DNA of 63,768 bases, filler included, from Choristocarpus tenellus KU-1152 (Eukaryota > Protista > Phaeophyceae): the NCBI GenBank assembly GCA_964200185.2. It is 6 parts of 6 records of this genome, joined end to end, with 100 filler letters (N's around TTAATTAATTAA, not from the genome) between each part and the next. Parts side by side here need not be neighbours in the genome. Positions count along the whole stretch, not along the records: positions 60,946 to 63,768 come from CAXNAD020024446.1; 5 more parts are not named here. One strand, 5' to 3'. Shown here piece after piece: positions 61,139 through 63,768 of the stretch; position 1 is the first letter of the stretch, and every line of letters starts with the position of its first letter. The notes under the pieces were generated by a model. That model saw nothing but the letters and a program-made list of their open reading frames with translations, ran no database searches and was not told the origin of the DNA. Both the position numbers and the translations under genes were made by a program.

Positions 61139-63714
61139 CGCGTTTTTGTTGGTTAAACTTTTGATTATCTGTGTTGCGTGCTTTCCGGGGTAGAGGGAAC
61201 GGTAATTCGTCGATCATTGTATACATGGTAATTTGATTTATGTATCTATTTGTAGTAAATGTATCAACATTGCTTACTGCAATAGAAGAGTGCAACGCTG
61301 GCCTCAAGAACATATTGGGTCAAATCTTGATATACACAACACCAAAAAATATATAAATTTTGAACAAGAAGTACCTGAGTTGTATTAATACGTATCCTTA
61401 CAGTTAAACAATATATAGTGTACACTACTGTTCTAGATTTGAATGACACATCGACACACTGAGTTACATACCCTATCGTAGAGTTACTGCCCCCCCCCCA
61501 CATCAACTGGCACTATTCTGCTGCAATGTCAGGCTCGCAGCAGTGATGCTGGGGCTTACGATGGTTCCCCCCATAATGCTTGACTCCAAAACCATTGATA
61601 ATTCCCGGAAGGATTGGATCCAGGATTTGAAGGAGCTCCAGCACCAGATTGTCACAAGGAATAAAAAGGTCTGAGTCAAAGTATCCCTCAGTGGGGTAGG
61701 TTTTAGACTGTTTGAATCATTGATTCCTTTTCAAGCTAGTGTCTGACACGCCATTGCCATTTCTCTCCTAAAAATAATGGTCTGTTCTTTTTGGTTGCTG
61801 TGGCTTGTGGCAGATGAGGTGGATAGAGGCATATCTTATATTGTCGTGGTTTTGAGAATGTAGGGATATTTAAGTGATGGAATAGACAAGAAGGAAAGAA
61901 ACTCCCCCTGAGGTCCCTCTATAGGACACTACTACTCTTTCTGCAGGGGCAACAACTTGTCCCCCTCGTTTTTGCACAATATAGGGGAACAGAGTCCACC
62001 TTGACAACATCGAAGCAATATGCTCCCACCCTTCCCTACAACTCCGCTGAGAGGCACTGTACAGTAGAGTTTGTTATGTACCTTCAGTTTTCTCAACTTC
62101 TATTCTTGTCAACTCCCAAGTCGTTTCACCGCAAAATCAGTGTTGCTCTCACAGGAGAGGTGCACCTTTTACCTGTGTCTCAAGGCCATGATACCAAGCT
62201 GGAGACTGGGGGCCGTCAAATTTGGAGAACTAAAACTGTCTCTATTCCATTAAATTTGTGCTTTTTCTGAGACCCTGGACCACACCGCAAACAATCACAT
62301 CTCTCAGAGAGCATGATGCAAGGAAGAACGGAGCCGACAACATTCTCTCAGCTGACTTCCCCTAGTAGCTTTGACAAGAAAAAAACCCACAGATTTTCAA
62401 TTTATTAGAGTATCATCATCATGCAATGAATAGTATATATGATGCCAACTGAGTGCTTTTTCTCAAATATTCACTCGAACAACTGCTGTATATATTTTTT
62501 TCCAGTTGCTTCTTGAGGGGCATCCCATGGTCCCATATTTGAGATGTATTCACTTGACAGAACTTACGGGTTCGTTTCTTGCGCTCTTGTTCATTTTTGG
62601 TGTGCATCTCCATCAAATACCCTACCGCTGCTGTTGGGGAACAATCTTAGGACTACCTACACGATCCGCTCTCACAAATGGGAGGGACTCCCTTCTTCCT
62701 TGCACACCAAGGGCGGTCTGATGTCCAACTTATGGCTGAACTGGCGGGGAGCTACCGTACAGCAGCTCCATCCCTCATCTACACTGCACCACATTGCCGA
62801 AATGATCAACACCTTTCTAAGATGGGGGGCAGGCCTATTAGAGTAGGTAAGGTGGGCGGGTTGCTTGTTACTCCACGGCTCTGTTCTTGGGTGTAGGGTG
62901 GATAAACCTATTCTTTGAGACAAGAGCACACTCTTTACTACTCTTTACTTGATACTCCAAAATTCCAAGTACCAATAATTCACGGTGTGGATAGCCCATT
63001 TCATGGATCAAACCTTGAAAGGCTCAGCCTGGTCCATGTATTCAATTGAGGCGATCTTCAAAACAAAAATCTCCTTCCACAGGCAGTTATTCAAATGTAT
63101 TAGTGATCCCAAAACCCCCGCCCCTTCCCCACCCCCACACTTTGTCCAATCAAATGAAGACAATCCGCGTTTAGAGAGTCGAAAATACCAATGACGAAGT
63201 ATGTTGCATATTTAGTGTCATAAATATATATATTTGCAGTAGCCCGGTATTGTGTTGGAAATTTAGACGGAATCAATCAATCAAATCAAGTGGAACAATT
63301 GCCTGGATGTCTACTTCTTCTACGCTTGATTTGTCTTGTAACCTGCTGGACGGTAAAGTTGTTTTCGGCGAGAGGGAATTGGGCTAGGCACATACTCATC
63401 TACTTTTTTTTTTCCACACTTTTTTTTTGTGCACCATAGGTAATGTGTGCTTGACTTTACAGCAAAGATGCCATCTCCAGTGTGTCTCGTAGTCATTACA
63501 CGCTGGCAGTAAGGTATAAAGTTGAAGGCATGCAGAGCAACTAATCTCCTGCGAATGGTACTCTTGGCCCAATCTACTTACCCCTTACCACAATTTTTTG
63601 GTGATGTGGATGGAATAGACGTACTAAGACCAAGGTGACACAGGTCAAATCGGAAAATTAAAGTCACTATAATTTCAGGATCCTTTGCAAATCCGATCCG
63701 ACATCAGGTCTCCT

Positions 63715-63745
63715 GGGTCAAAGTATCTGGGGGGGGGGGGGAGGG
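63715..63745 (+). mobile_element. MITE family B left TIR followed by a G-run
   Basis: GGGTCAAAGTATCTGGGGGGGGGGGG, identical start to 53844. Confidence 0.7.
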
Positions 63746-63768
63746 GGAGGGGGCGGAGTAGGTGGCGG

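Overview
Eukaryotic nuclear DNA (intron-rich) made of six assembly contigs joined by artificial 100-nt spacers (44 N + TTAATTAATTAA + 44 N), so neighbourhood across spacers is meaningless. Gene content points to a photosynthetic stramenopile with a flagellated stage, probably a brown alga or relative (inference from a bipartite plastid-targeting presequence, CCDC40, TTAGGG tracts and multi-hundred-bp introns). Genes I could splice by eye: a cytochrome b5-domain protein with a ferredoxin-like Cys cluster and CaaX tail; an MPPED-type metallophosphoesterase; MAM33/p32; a plastid-targeted disordered protein; glomulin/ALF4; CCDC40 (16 exons); ADF/cofilin; NF-YC; and three exons of CDC73. There are also a divergent cyclin (5' structure unresolved) and a truncated intronless Gly/Ser/Thr beta-solenoid-like protein with a phage-fibre-like C-terminal domain. 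Non-genic content: two related MITE families sharing an AAAGTATCT TIR core, a decayed RLE-type non-LTR retrotransposon and several tandem repeats. Most notable: the fibre-like repeat protein, the lipid-anchored haem/Cys-cluster protein, the linker-like plastid protein and an apparently high (~4/40) rate of GC-AG introns. All homology calls are from motif recognition, not database searches.
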